From an uncultured delta proteobacterium (lineage in GTDB: Bacteria; Desulfobacterota; Binatia; UBA9968): a stretch of 64,000 bases of DNA. The position numbers and the translations under genes are program-made. Below, in pieces: positions 27,227 to 36,601 of the stretch. The notes beneath the pieces were generated by a model, which was given only the letters and a program-made list of their open reading frames with translations, made no database searches and had not been told where the DNA came from. The stretch spans positions 32,001 to 96,000 of the forward strand of contig CAVYTU010000007.1 of the NCBI GenBank assembly GCA_963771465.1. The letters are read 5' to 3'. Each line of letters starts with the position of its first letter. The first letter of the stretch is position 1.

Positions 27227-27790
27227 TTAAGCCAGGGCGAGATGGCTTGGCTGTCTGCTGATTAGGATTTCTGGAATAGGAGTGCCGTCGATGATCGGCA
27301 GCAGGAGATCGCATCTTTGTTTGTGGCGCACCGATTCCAGACAGAATACCATCTTGAGTTGTGGCGTATCGATGGCGCCAAAAATCCCCAGGCGAGTATC
27401 TGATTTATCGATGCCGATCCACTCTTCGACGCGAAATCCGAGCTCGTCAAAGAGTTCGTCGATGACGTGCTCCGCCACTCGGATGCCGCGGCCGGCAACG
27501 CGGAGTTGGATCCAGTAGCTCGGTTTGATGCCGATAAAGCTATTGAGATCGTTCAGACAAGTCCTGCGCCTGAGCGATACTTCGATGGCGGCGTCGGGGT
27601 CGCTGGTCAGGAGCGTCTCGTAAAGAAAGCGGCGCACGAAATCTTGCGCCGTCTGGTTGTGCCAGGGTACCTGCGTAAACGTAGGAGCGAGGGTTACGAA
27701 GACCGGCGGTTTGTCGCCGATACGGTTGCGGCTAAATCTTGAAATCGCGTCCTGAATGACCGTGCCGAAATCCAATTTTTCCATCATCAT
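27227..27790 (-). CDS. Hypothetical protein resembling a degenerate stand-alone HATPase_c domain
   Basis: Colinear by eye with the PhoR catalytic domain but lacks the N-box Asn and G1 Asp; AAGGAG RBS. Confidence 0.6.
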   Translation of the reverse strand: MMMEKLDFGTVIQDAISRFSRNRIGDKPPVFVTLAPTFTQVPWHNQTAQDFVRRFLYETLLTSDPDAAIEVSLRRRTCLNDLNSFIGIKPSYWIQLRVAGRGIRVAEHVIDELFDELGFRVEEWIGIDKSDTRLGIFGAIDTPQLKMVFCLESVRHKQRCDLLLPIIDGTPIPEILISRQPSHLALA

Positions 27791-27827
27791 CTCCTTTGAT
27801 CTTTTTGCTCTAACTCTGACGAAGCTT

Positions 27828-27855
27828 GGTTAACGCGGTGTTACCGACGAATTAA
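27828..27855 (-). promoter_or_regulatory. Pho-box-like array upstream of the HATPase-like and USP genes
   Basis: GGTTAA/TGTTAC/AATTAA at 27828/27839/27850. Confidence 0.6.
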
Positions 27856-27998
27856 ATTCATAATAGCTTGGCGTTTCGGCGGCGGCTGTGTTGGGGACAA
27901 AATGGGCTGGCGCTTGGGTCGGCGAGCTCTGCCGCGCCGATGGCTTGCGTATATGTGTGGCAAAGAAACTTTCGTAAAATTCTTGCCGATGTGGGAGA

Positions 27999-28029
27999 GC
28001 GTCTCGGCGGGTATGACTCGCCGAGACGC
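27999..28029 (-). terminator. Hairpin just after phoX stop
   Basis: GCGTCTCGGCG-9 nt-CGCCGAGACGC. Confidence 0.55.
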
Positions 28030-28041
28030 CCGTAGATTTCA

Positions 28042-30025
28042 TCAACTGCCGATCGGACCACCGTCGTCCTTGGTGATCACGATGCAGGCCGAGCGCGGAC
28101 GCCCACCGGCAGCGCCGTCGGGCCAGGAGCTTAACGCCTTCGGATTGGCCGGGTTGGTGGGCGTGTCGTCGGGCGTCTCGCCCGGGTGCTGGATGCCGAC
28201 GAACATGGCGAGCTCGTCGGGAGTGGTGAACACGCCGGTGATTTCGCACTGCTTGGGACCGACGAGAAAGCGGCGAATTTCGCCGGACTCCGGATCAGCG
28301 CACAACATCTGGTTGTGGCCAAACCCCGCGTACGCACCCGAGTTGATCGTCGACGTCGACACGTCGGTTTCGATCCAGAGTCGGCCGCTCGGCGCCACGT
28401 ATATCCCGTCGGGCGAGCCGAACTTATCCCCCTCGATGTCAGAGCCATGGGCTGGAACGCTTGGGTCACCGCAGAGCGCGAAGATCTCCCACTCGAAGTC
28501 GGGCTCATCAAAGTCCTTATCGTATTTCCAAGTGATGATATGCCCGTAGTCATTGATGGCGCGCGGATTGGCTGCGTCCACAGCCGGTCGTGCCGCACCC
28601 GCGGTAGTGCTGCCGTTAGGGTTGTTGACGGAAAGTGGGTTGCTGCCCCGGCGGTTATTGTTGGTGAGGGTGGCGATGGCCGTAAGCGCTTTGGGAAAAG
28701 TATCGATCCATTCGGGACGATCCATCATCGTGGCACCGACCGCGTCGGCGGCGCCACGGGTATTGATCAAAATATCATTCAACGTCCAGCCCATCGGGTG
28801 ATCCGGCGTGGGCGGAACATCTGCCGGCGTGAGCGGCAGCCAGTTGCCGGTGCCATCGGCGTTAAACTTGGCGACGTAGAGGATGCCATCGTCGAGGGGA
28901 TTGATTCCCTTGCGGCGCGCCTGGCGCCACGGCAGGTTTGACACGTACCGATAGATGTATTCGTTGCGCTCATCATCGCCCATATAAACGACGATCTTGC
29001 CGCTCTTGGTCTCCTGCACCCAAGCGCCTTCATGTTTGATACGGCCGAGTGCGGTGCGCTTTACCGGCGTTGAAGTCGGATCGAAAGGATCGATCTCGAC
29101 CACCCAGCCGAAGCGGTTGGGCTCGTTCCGTTCGACGTCGGCGTTGAAGCGCGGATGAGTCGTGTGCCAGCGAAAGCCCGACGTGAGCGGCGAGATACCG
29201 TAGCGCTTCTCAAATGCGCTGCGCGGGTCCGGTGCCGTCGATGGTCCGGAAAAAGAAACCATTGAAATTCTCCTCGCAACTGAGATACGTGCCCCACGGA
29301 GTAAAGCCCATGGCGCAGTTGTTCACCGTGCCGAGCACGAGTTTGCCGGTGGGATCCGCGCTCGTCTTCAGCCGATCATCTCCCGCGGCCGGGCCGCCGA
29401 TCTCGATCGGAGTCTGACCGGTAATGCGGCGTGCGTACTGCGACGGCCGCACGACGCGCCACTCGCCGCCCTTTTGGCCTTTGCCGCCTTGCTTGGTGAT
29501 CTCGATGATCGATACGCCGTGGGCGTTGATCGATTTGTTGGTTTTTTCCGCGTTCCAGTTGGCGATGCCGTCGGTGAAAAGCAGACCTTCATCGGCGTAC
29601 TCGTTGTTCTGCACCAGTAGTCCGCGCGCCGAACCGTTTATCGGAAAATACACCACGCCGTCGTTGTGCGCGCCCCACTGGAGCGCCTGATCGGCGGCGC
29701 TGTTGCTGGCATCCTGCTTGAACGCTGGCCCGTTCGACACCGGGTCGCCCCAGGCGATCAATACACGCGCTGTGTATCCCGGAGGCACAACGACCTCGTC
29801 GGCCGTGGACACCGGAATCGCCTGAAAGCCGAGCAGCGGTCCGCCATTGGCTTTTGCCGAAGCCGGTACGGCTTTCAGCAAAGCATCGACGCCGACTAAT
29901 GAAAGGGCCGCCGCGGTAAGACCGCTTTTTAGAAAGCCGCGTCGAGACACTCGCGCGTCGACAACGTCCTGTAAGGACTGGTTGCCGGAAGTGTTGCAGA
30001 CATTATCATCATCAGGATTGTTCAT
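28042..30025 (-). CDS. phoX: PhoX-family (DUF839) Tat-exported alkaline phosphatase; apparent frameshift at ~29215-29255
   Basis: SRRGFLK Tat motif, NNCA.G.TPWGTYLSCEENF, PNRFGWVVEIDP, KHE, MDRPEW, SPDG, CEITG, IQHPG; split over two ORFs. Confidence 0.9.
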
Positions 30026-30074
30026 GTTGATCTCCTCGTGTGTTTAGATTGTGCGATCTTTAATATCCCCGCTA

Positions 30075-30135
30075 GATTGCGCGCGAGTCACGAGGCTGCG
30101 ACATGATGATTAATGTTCGGTTACGTTGACGTTGC
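30075..30135 (-). promoter_or_regulatory. Extended Pho-box-like array upstream of phoX
   Basis: GATTGC/AGTCAC/TGCGAC/GATTAA/GGTTAC/CGTTGC at 30075, 30086, 30097, 30108, 30119, 30130. Confidence 0.55.
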
Positions 30136-30182
30136 GCCGCCGGCCGGTTCGAACTTTTCTGGGCATTGGCCGAAAGCCTCAC

Positions 30183-30217
30183 TTGATCTGAATGTTATTT
30201 CGATGATAGTGGAAATA
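30183..30217 (+). promoter_or_regulatory. Probable arsR promoter/operator
   Basis: TTGATC followed by TATTTC-10 nt-GAAATA inverted repeat abutting the start codon. Confidence 0.5.
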
Positions 30218-30597
30218 TGGAAATAAGGGCGGCGGTAACGACTCTAGCGGCACTCGCGCAGGAAACCCGGCTGTCGATTTTCCGTCTCCTTGTCGAGGCG
30301 GGAAGAGACGGCGAATCAGTTGGGCGCATCGGCGAGAGTTTGAAAGTCGCCGGGGCTACGTTGTCGTTTCATTTAAAGGAACTGGCGCGGGCGGGCCTGG
30401 TGACTTCAAGGCAAGAGCGGCAGTTTATTTACTACACCGTCGATTTCGAACGCATGGCTGAGATCATGACTTTCCTTACCCAGAATTGTTGCCACGGCAT
30501 GCCGCAGGCTTGCCTCAACGTAGTCGAAACGGCCCTGGGAAGCTGCTGCCCACCTAGCCCATCTAAACCCAAGAAGAAGAAAAGGAGTCGATCATGA
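30217..30597 (+). CDS. arsR: ArsR-family arsenic-responsive repressor
   Basis: LAALAQETRLSIFRLLV, TLSFHLKEL, C-terminal NCC.G. Confidence 0.92.
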   Translation: MEIRAAVTTLAALAQETRLSIFRLLVEAGRDGESVGRIGESLKVAGATLSFHLKELARAGLVTSRQERQFIYYTVDFERMAEIMTFLTQNCCHGMPQACLNVVETALGSCCPPSPSKPKKKKRSRS

Positions 30598-31055
30598 AGC
30601 GTTTTCACGTTCATGTCATCGTTAACGATCTCGATGCCAGCATTCAGTTTTATTCGACCGTGTTCGGCATCCCACCTACGGTTCTGAAGCCCGACTATGT
30701 GAAATGGATGGTGGATGATCCGCGGATAAATTTCGCGATTTCGACGCGCGGCAGTGCGCCGGGTATCGATCATCTCGGCGTGCAGGTGGATTCGGACGAT
30801 GAATTGAGTGAATTGCGTGAGCAAGCGAAGGCGGCTGAAGTCGTTGTGTTCGACCAGGCCGACGCGACGTGCTGCTATGCGCGCTCCGACAAGTATTGGA
30901 TGACCGATCCGCAGGGGATTCCGTGGGAGACTTTCCATACGCTCGACACAATTCCCCTTTACGGCAACACGGAGCTCGCGCAGACAAGCGCTTGCTGCAG
31001 TGCCGCGCCAACCGGCGAAACCGCGTCCAACAAATCCACTGCGTGCTGCGGGTAA
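30594..31055 (+). CDS. ArsI/CadI-family VOC metalloenzyme
   Basis: [41 protein letters not shown]. Confidence 0.88.
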   Translation: MKRFHVHVIVNDLDASIQFYSTVFGIPPTVLKPDYVKWMVDDPRINFAISTRGSAPGIDHLGVQVDSDDELSELREQAKAAEVVVFDQADATCCYARSDKYWMTDPQGIPWETFHTLDTIPLYGNTELAQTSACCSAAPTGETASNKSTACCG

Positions 31056-31066
31056 GGGAGACATTT

Positions 31067-31563
31067 GTGAAACAGGAAAATCTAAATGTTCTGTTTTTGT
31101 GCACAGGCAATTCGGCGCGCAGTATTATGGCTGAGGTCATTCTTAACTCCCTCGGAAAAAACAAATTCAAAGCTTTAGTGCGGGGAGCCATCCAGCGGGC
31201 AGCGTGAATCCACTGGCGCTGGCGCTTCTAGAAGAGTACCGCCTTCCAACCGAAGGCCTGCGCAGTAAGGACTGGAGTGAATTCTCCCAGCCGGACGCGC
31301 CGTTCATGCATTTCGTGTTCACGGTTTGTGATCAAGCCGCGGCCGAACCTTGTCCGGTCTGGCCCGGCCAACCGATGACCGCGCATTGGGGCGTTCATGA
31401 CCCGGCGGCGGTTCAAGGTAGCGACGAAGACAAGCGGAAGGCTTTTCTTAAGGCATATACGGAGCTTTATCGGCGCATATCGTTATTTATCAATCTGCCG
31501 TTCGGGACACTCAGCAAGCTCGCTCTCAAAGAAAAACTTGACGAGATCGGTCGCGCGCAATGA
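31067..31563 (+). CDS. arsC: LMW-PTP-type arsenate reductase ArsC; apparent 1-nt deletion in T-run at ~31175
   Basis: [16 protein letters not shown]; then SAGSHPAG...RSKDWSEF...[25 protein letters not shown] in the next frame. Confidence 0.88.
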
Positions 31564-32219
31564 GTTTTGGTCGGACAGCGACGGCAGAGGCGGTTGGAAC
31601 GGCCTTATTGCTGGCGATTGTGGTGGGTTCCGGCATCATGGGCGAGCGGCTCGCGCAGGGAAACGCGGCGATTGCTTTGTTGGCGAATTCGATCGCCACC
31701 GGCGCCGGGCTCTATACTTTGATTGTCATCTTCGGGCCAATTTCTGGGGCGCACTTCAATCCGGTTGTCTCAGCGGTCAGCGTGTGGCAGGGCGATCTTA
31801 CTGGAAGTCGCGGCATCGCTTATGCGTTGGCGCAAATCGCCGGCGCGTTCACGGGAGTGATTGCGGCGCACGCGATGTTCGGGTTGCCGATTGTTCAGGT
31901 CTCGGCGCATGTGCGCTCGACATTTGGAGAAGGATTCGGCGAAGTAATCGCAACATTTGGTTTGGTCCTGACGATCACTCTTACTTCGCGGTTTCGCGCT
32001 GAGGCGATCCCAACGGCAGTGGCCGCGTACATCACCGGCGCTTACTGGTTTACCTCGTCAACCTCGTTCGCCAATCCTGCTGTTACATTAGCTCGCGCGC
32101 TAACCGATACCTTCGCCGGCATTGCGCCCCAGAGCATAGTGCTCTTTGTTGCTGGACAGCTGATCGGCGCCACGTCTGCGACATTACTTTCTCGATGGCT
32201 GCTGAGCGGAAATCAGTAA
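31560..32219 (+). CDS. MIP/aquaporin-family channel (AqpS-like arsenite channel)
   Basis: SGAHFNPVV and YWFTSSTSFANPAVT motifs; last gene of the ars operon. Confidence 0.88.
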   Translation: MSFGRTATAEAVGTALLLAIVVGSGIMGERLAQGNAAIALLANSIATGAGLYTLIVIFGPISGAHFNPVVSAVSVWQGDLTGSRGIAYALAQIAGAFTGVIAAHAMFGLPIVQVSAHVRSTFGEGFGEVIATFGLVLTITLTSRFRAEAIPTAVAAYITGAYWFTSSTSFANPAVTLARALTDTFAGIAPQSIVLFVAGQLIGATSATLLSRWLLSGNQ

Positions 32220-32403
32220 TACGTATCCGCGTCAAATTAGTATTGACGGCTGGATTGGACGCACCTATTCAAAGGTGAAAAAAGGTTCGGTAGGAAAGCG
32301 AGCGTCCCGGAGAGAGAATGATAGCTTCTCCCAAACACCGGCGAGTGCGTTGCATTTTTATTTGCTTCTTTAGTCGGCTACTGTTCTGATTCGCCCACAC
32401 GAC

Positions 32404-33417
32404 CTAAGCGTAGATCAACTCTGTCTCCGCGCTCACGTCAGGATAAAAGTCGACGAGTTGGCTTTGGCGAACGACCCCCATGATGCGCTCGACGTCGGCC
32501 GCCGATAACTGTTGCGACCACTTGGTGGAAGCTTCCAACGGATCTTTGAATACGCTGTAATAGTGCTCGGATTGACGCGACGTGCTGCGTTGGACGAAGG
32601 TTTCGACTTGATGGTGCCACGTGAGGCCGGTGAATTGGATCAACTCTTTCGCCTTGGCCACTGGATGAGCGCAAAGATCTTCGTAGCGCAGAACCGTACA
32701 GCCCGCGATGCCTTCAATGCCGGCCAAGGCGATCTCATTATATAAAACCCAGCGCCAGGCCAGCCGTTCCACCGGATGCATCGCTTTGACGGCTTGATCG
32801 CTGGGGTTTCTTTGTTTGTGCGGCGATTCTTCGAGGAGCATGCGCAGCACGGGAAAATCGTCGCTGCTTTTGGCAGTGGAGCTGAACTGCCCGCGCGCTT
32901 CGCCGTTTAAAACCGAAGCGATATAGCCGCCGGGATGGCGCAGTATCAACACGGCCTTGGAGTCGGCAACTGCGCGGACGATCACGCCCAGCCGTCCAAG
33001 TGATTCTATCGACTTCCAAACCACATGGATGCCTCTGGCTTTCTCAAGGTCAGCAAATTCGGGGATCGGAATATCGGAAATAAAAGGCTCAGATACCTTG
33101 GTCGCCAGCACCGCAAAACGTCTGAGCAATAGGCCGGTGGAAGACAGGTAACTTTTAGGGAAGATCGGCAAAGTGCCGGCAGAGCGCGGGCTGTTGACGT
33201 TCGCGAGTCTGTCAACGAAGTGCGTGACGGTGGATCGATATTTGTGATAGTCCGCAACCGGCGCAATCAGCGGTAAACTCTTCAGCGCGCTACCGCTGTC
33301 GGGTTCGTGGCGATACAGCGTGTCCGGGTGGCTGTCGAAAATCTTACCGATCCAGGTGGTACCAGAACGGGGTTGTCCAAAGAGCAAGATGAGTGGTTGT
33401 TTCATAATGACAATCAT
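32404..33417 (-). CDS. Sulfotransferase-family protein
   Basis: GQPRSGTTW PAPS-binding loop, HEP, ILRHP...S, LRYEDL. Confidence 0.85.
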   Translation of the reverse strand: MIVIMKQPLILLFGQPRSGTTWIGKIFDSHPDTLYRHEPDSGSALKSLPLIAPVADYHKYRSTVTHFVDRLANVNSPRSAGTLPIFPKSYLSSTGLLLRRFAVLATKVSEPFISDIPIPEFADLEKARGIHVVWKSIESLGRLGVIVRAVADSKAVLILRHPGGYIASVLNGEARGQFSSTAKSSDDFPVLRMLLEESPHKQRNPSDQAVKAMHPVERLAWRWVLYNEIALAGIEGIAGCTVLRYEDLCAHPVAKAKELIQFTGLTWHHQVETFVQRSTSRQSEHYYSVFKDPLEASTKWSQQLSAADVERIMGVVRQSQLVDFYPDVSAETELIYA

Positions 33418-33630
33418 TGATTGAGGATATTAAGGTTCAGTTAACGCAGGGTGAAAATCTTGTGATTTCAACGGCGCTTGCGTCACTGGCGGATCGATTG
33501 CAAGGATAATTCTGCTTTCTGGCCGTGGTCGATGTGGGCGTCGAAATTCCATCGATGGCACGGTAAAGCCTCGAATAATCCGCGCTGCCGCCTGGAATCT
33601 TTCGCGGTTTGCTTTAATATCCGGAGAAGT

Positions 33631-34890
33631 ATGACTCCTGGGAGTTGGAAAGTTATTGGCACCGACGCGGCATCAGCTAAATCGCGCCAGAAACTCAGCG
33701 TGATCGCGCTGCTCTATTTTATTCAAGGCGCGCCGGCCGCGATTTTGTGGGAGGTGTTGCCGGTTTATTTTCGCATCAACGGCGTGTCGTTGCGCGCCAT
33801 CGGCGGGCTGCGATTGCTCGAACTGCCATACTCGCTCAAAGTTTTCTGGTCGCCGTTGGTGCATCGCTTCGGTGACCGGCGCCATTGGATTGTGGTCTGC
33901 ATGTTCGGCATCGCTGCGGTTCTGTTTGTGCTGCCATTCGTCAACGTCGCCGCCGTCGGCGCAATCGTGCTCGTGTTGATTCTCGTCCTGACGACTCTAT
34001 CGGCGACCCAGGATATCGCCATCGATTCCTATTCGGTCGGTTTGGTGAACCGAGAAGAAGAGGGCGCAGCCAACGGCATGCGAGCTTCGGCGTATCGTGT
34101 GGCTTTGGTTTTGGTCGGCGGTGGTGCGGTGCTTCTTGCCGGTGTGCTGGCGTGGAATTCTCTATTTATTCTGGCCGGCATTATTTTCGCCGCCCTCGGT
34201 ATCGCTGCGCTGGCCATTCCGCGTTTAAGCGTGCCCGACGGAGCGCGCGAGCATTGGCTCGTCGGTTTTGCCGGCTGGGCCGGCACTTGGAAAGTGATTC
34301 CGCTGATTCTTTTTGTTTTGACCTACAAGCTTGGCGAGTTCGCCATCGGGCCGATGGTGAAACCGTTTTGGGTCGACTACGGCAAGTCGATTTGGCCGGC
34401 GCAAGAAGACCTAATGTTTCAGATCGGTCTTTTCCCGACGACGTTCGGCATCGTCCTCAGCGTCGCCGGCGCGCTGATGGGCGGGGCATTTATTTCGCGC
34501 TATGGAATCTTTCACGGCGTCTGGTTTTTAGGAGCGCTGCAAGCGGTTTCAAATTTGGGTTATTCGTTGGTCGAGTGGCTCGACCTCGGCCGCTTCGGTC
34601 TCTACGGCGCGTCCATGTTCGAGTCGCTCAGCGGCGGGCTCGGTACCGCGGCGTTTCTCGCGTTCCTGATGAACGTCTGCCAGAAAGAACACGCAACGGT
34701 GCAATACGCATTTTTGTCTTCGATCTTTTCGCTCACCGGACGATTGATTGGCGGCATTAGCGGGTTAGGAGCGGAAGCGTATGGGTTCGCGAATTACTTC
34801 GCGATTACGTTCGTGTTGTCGGTGCCGGCATATTTACTTTTGCCGTGGGTGAAGCAGTGGATTCACGACGAGGGAATACGCGAGCGTTAA
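33631..34890 (+). CDS. AmpG-like MFS transporter
   Basis: LLYFIQG, PYSLKVFWSPLV, SATQDIAID, ATVQYAFLSS. Confidence 0.85.
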   Translation: MTPGSWKVIGTDAASAKSRQKLSVIALLYFIQGAPAAILWEVLPVYFRINGVSLRAIGGLRLLELPYSLKVFWSPLVHRFGDRRHWIVVCMFGIAAVLFVLPFVNVAAVGAIVLVLILVLTTLSATQDIAIDSYSVGLVNREEEGAANGMRASAYRVALVLVGGGAVLLAGVLAWNSLFILAGIIFAALGIAALAIPRLSVPDGAREHWLVGFAGWAGTWKVIPLILFVLTYKLGEFAIGPMVKPFWVDYGKSIWPAQEDLMFQIGLFPTTFGIVLSVAGALMGGAFISRYGIFHGVWFLGALQAVSNLGYSLVEWLDLGRFGLYGASMFESLSGGLGTAAFLAFLMNVCQKEHATVQYAFLSSIFSLTGRLIGGISGLGAEAYGFANYFAITFVLSVPAYLLLPWVKQWIHDEGIRER

Positions 34891-34903
34891 GTCGGTGAGC
34901 TTT

Positions 34904-34942
34904 GTCATCATCCGTTTATCTGCCGTTAATCTATTATTTACA
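34904..34942 (+). promoter_or_regulatory. Pho-box-like array upstream of the phytase-like gene
   Basis: GTCATC/TTTATC/TTAATC/TTTACA-like hexamers at ~11-bp spacing from 34904. Confidence 0.5.
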
Positions 34943-34984
34943 AAATACACATAGGTTCTGATGAATTTTATTTTGGAGGTGTTC

Positions 34985-36323
34985 ATGCCTGTGAAGCCAA
35001 CTTGCAAATCCGCGCTTGGAGTCGTGCTACTTTCCCTATGCGCCTACGGTGCGATTTTTTTTCAATCCACGGAGCTGTACGCTCAAGGCGAAATCAAAGC
35101 GACCTACCGTTTTCCTGAGCTGGCCATCAAGCAATTTCAGAACGCGAAGTTTCCCGGCAGCGTGATGAATGATCGCAAGGTGCAACTTGGTTCGGTCGGC
35201 AGCGATCTTTGGCGCAGGATAAGCGACGCGGGCGGCGAGTTTTGGACGGTGACGGATCGCGGACCCAATGGTCAAGTTCGCGTCGACGGGCGAAACCGCC
35301 GCACCTTCTGGGTGCCGGAGTTCAATCCCGTGATTCTCCGGGTCAAAACTGAGGGCGATTCAATTCAAGTGCTGCGAGACTATTCCGATCGTCGGCCGTT
35401 CTGGCAAGCCCGTTACCGGTATGCCCAATCTCAAGGGAGTCGATGAAACTCCCTACGATTATACGGCGCGTAAAGAATTGGAATTTAACGTTAATGGTCT
35501 CGATACCGAAGGATTGGTGCGGACCAAAAACGGCGAGTTTTGGCTCTGCGACGAATATAGCCCTTCGCTACTGCGGGTGGATCGGAGCGGTAAGGTGGTC
35601 AAACGGTTTGTCCCTGCGGGACTCGATCTGCCGGGCGCGGATTATCCAGTGGAGGCGAGCCTGCCGGCGGTGCTCGGTAAAAGAAAGATCAATCGCGGCT
35701 TCGAGGGCTTGGCGATGAGCTCGGACGAGAAATCACTTTATTTGATTTTGCAAAGCCCGCTGGGGATTCCCGACCGAAAGGCGGGCGAGGAGTCGCGCAA
35801 TACGCGCGTGTTCGTCTTCGACCGGGAAACGGAGCGAGTGACGGCCGAATATGTTTACCGCTTTGAAGAGGCGACGGAGTTCGATCCCCGGCCGAGAATG
35901 AACCGCGACGAAATGAAACTTTCCGCGGCGGTTTATCTAAATCCGACGACGTTACTGATCTTAGAGCGCACCGACTGGGTGGCCAAACTTTACACCGTCG
36001 ATCTCAGCGGCGCGACCAACATACTCAAGAGCAAGTGGGACGATCCGGCCACCACGCCCAGCCTCGAAGCGCTGGCAGATCCGGCGAGCGCTGATATCCG
36101 CGTGCTGCCCAAGGCCCTCGTCCTCGACCTCAGCCGATTCAAAGACATTCCGGAAAAGATCGAAGGCGTCGCCGTGATCAATCGCAACACAATTGCGATC
36201 TCGAACGACAACGACTTTGACACTGTGGAAAGCAAGTATGACGAGCAGGGCAATAACGTCGGCAATGGCAAGATGAGTCACATTTTTATCATCGCTCTCG
36301 ATAAGCCCTTGCCGTTGCAGTGA
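34985..36323 (+). CDS. Secreted esterase-like-activity-of-phytase family protein; apparent frameshift at ~35374
   Basis: TDRGPNG, GLDTEGL, DEYSP, NRGFEGLA, QSPL, KIEG, NDNDF; GGAGG RBS. Confidence 0.85.
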
Positions 36324-36475
36324 TTTTTGCGCATTGACCGACCGAAAGGTGGAGGTTGTTGCCCGCGCTTATGCGAATTCGTTAGTTCGAGCATAGGGCG
36401 CGCGCACTTCGCCATGCACTGGGAATTGACAGACTCGTTTCGGAAGTGATTCCCTCCATTTAAATATTCAGCGAT

Positions 36476-36503
36476 TTAACATAAATTTAATCGATCTGTA
36501 ATG
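36476..36503 (+). promoter_or_regulatory. Pho-box-like array upstream of ppk1
   Basis: TTAACA/TTAATC/GTAATG at 36476/36487/36498. Confidence 0.65.
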
Positions 36504-36601
36504 ATTCGCGATCGGTTTGGCGCGAAGAAAAAGTTAGGATCACTGGGTTTTCACTGCGCCTGGTGTCGCGCCGGAGCGAATAATTGTCGAGGTACCCCAC
36601 G

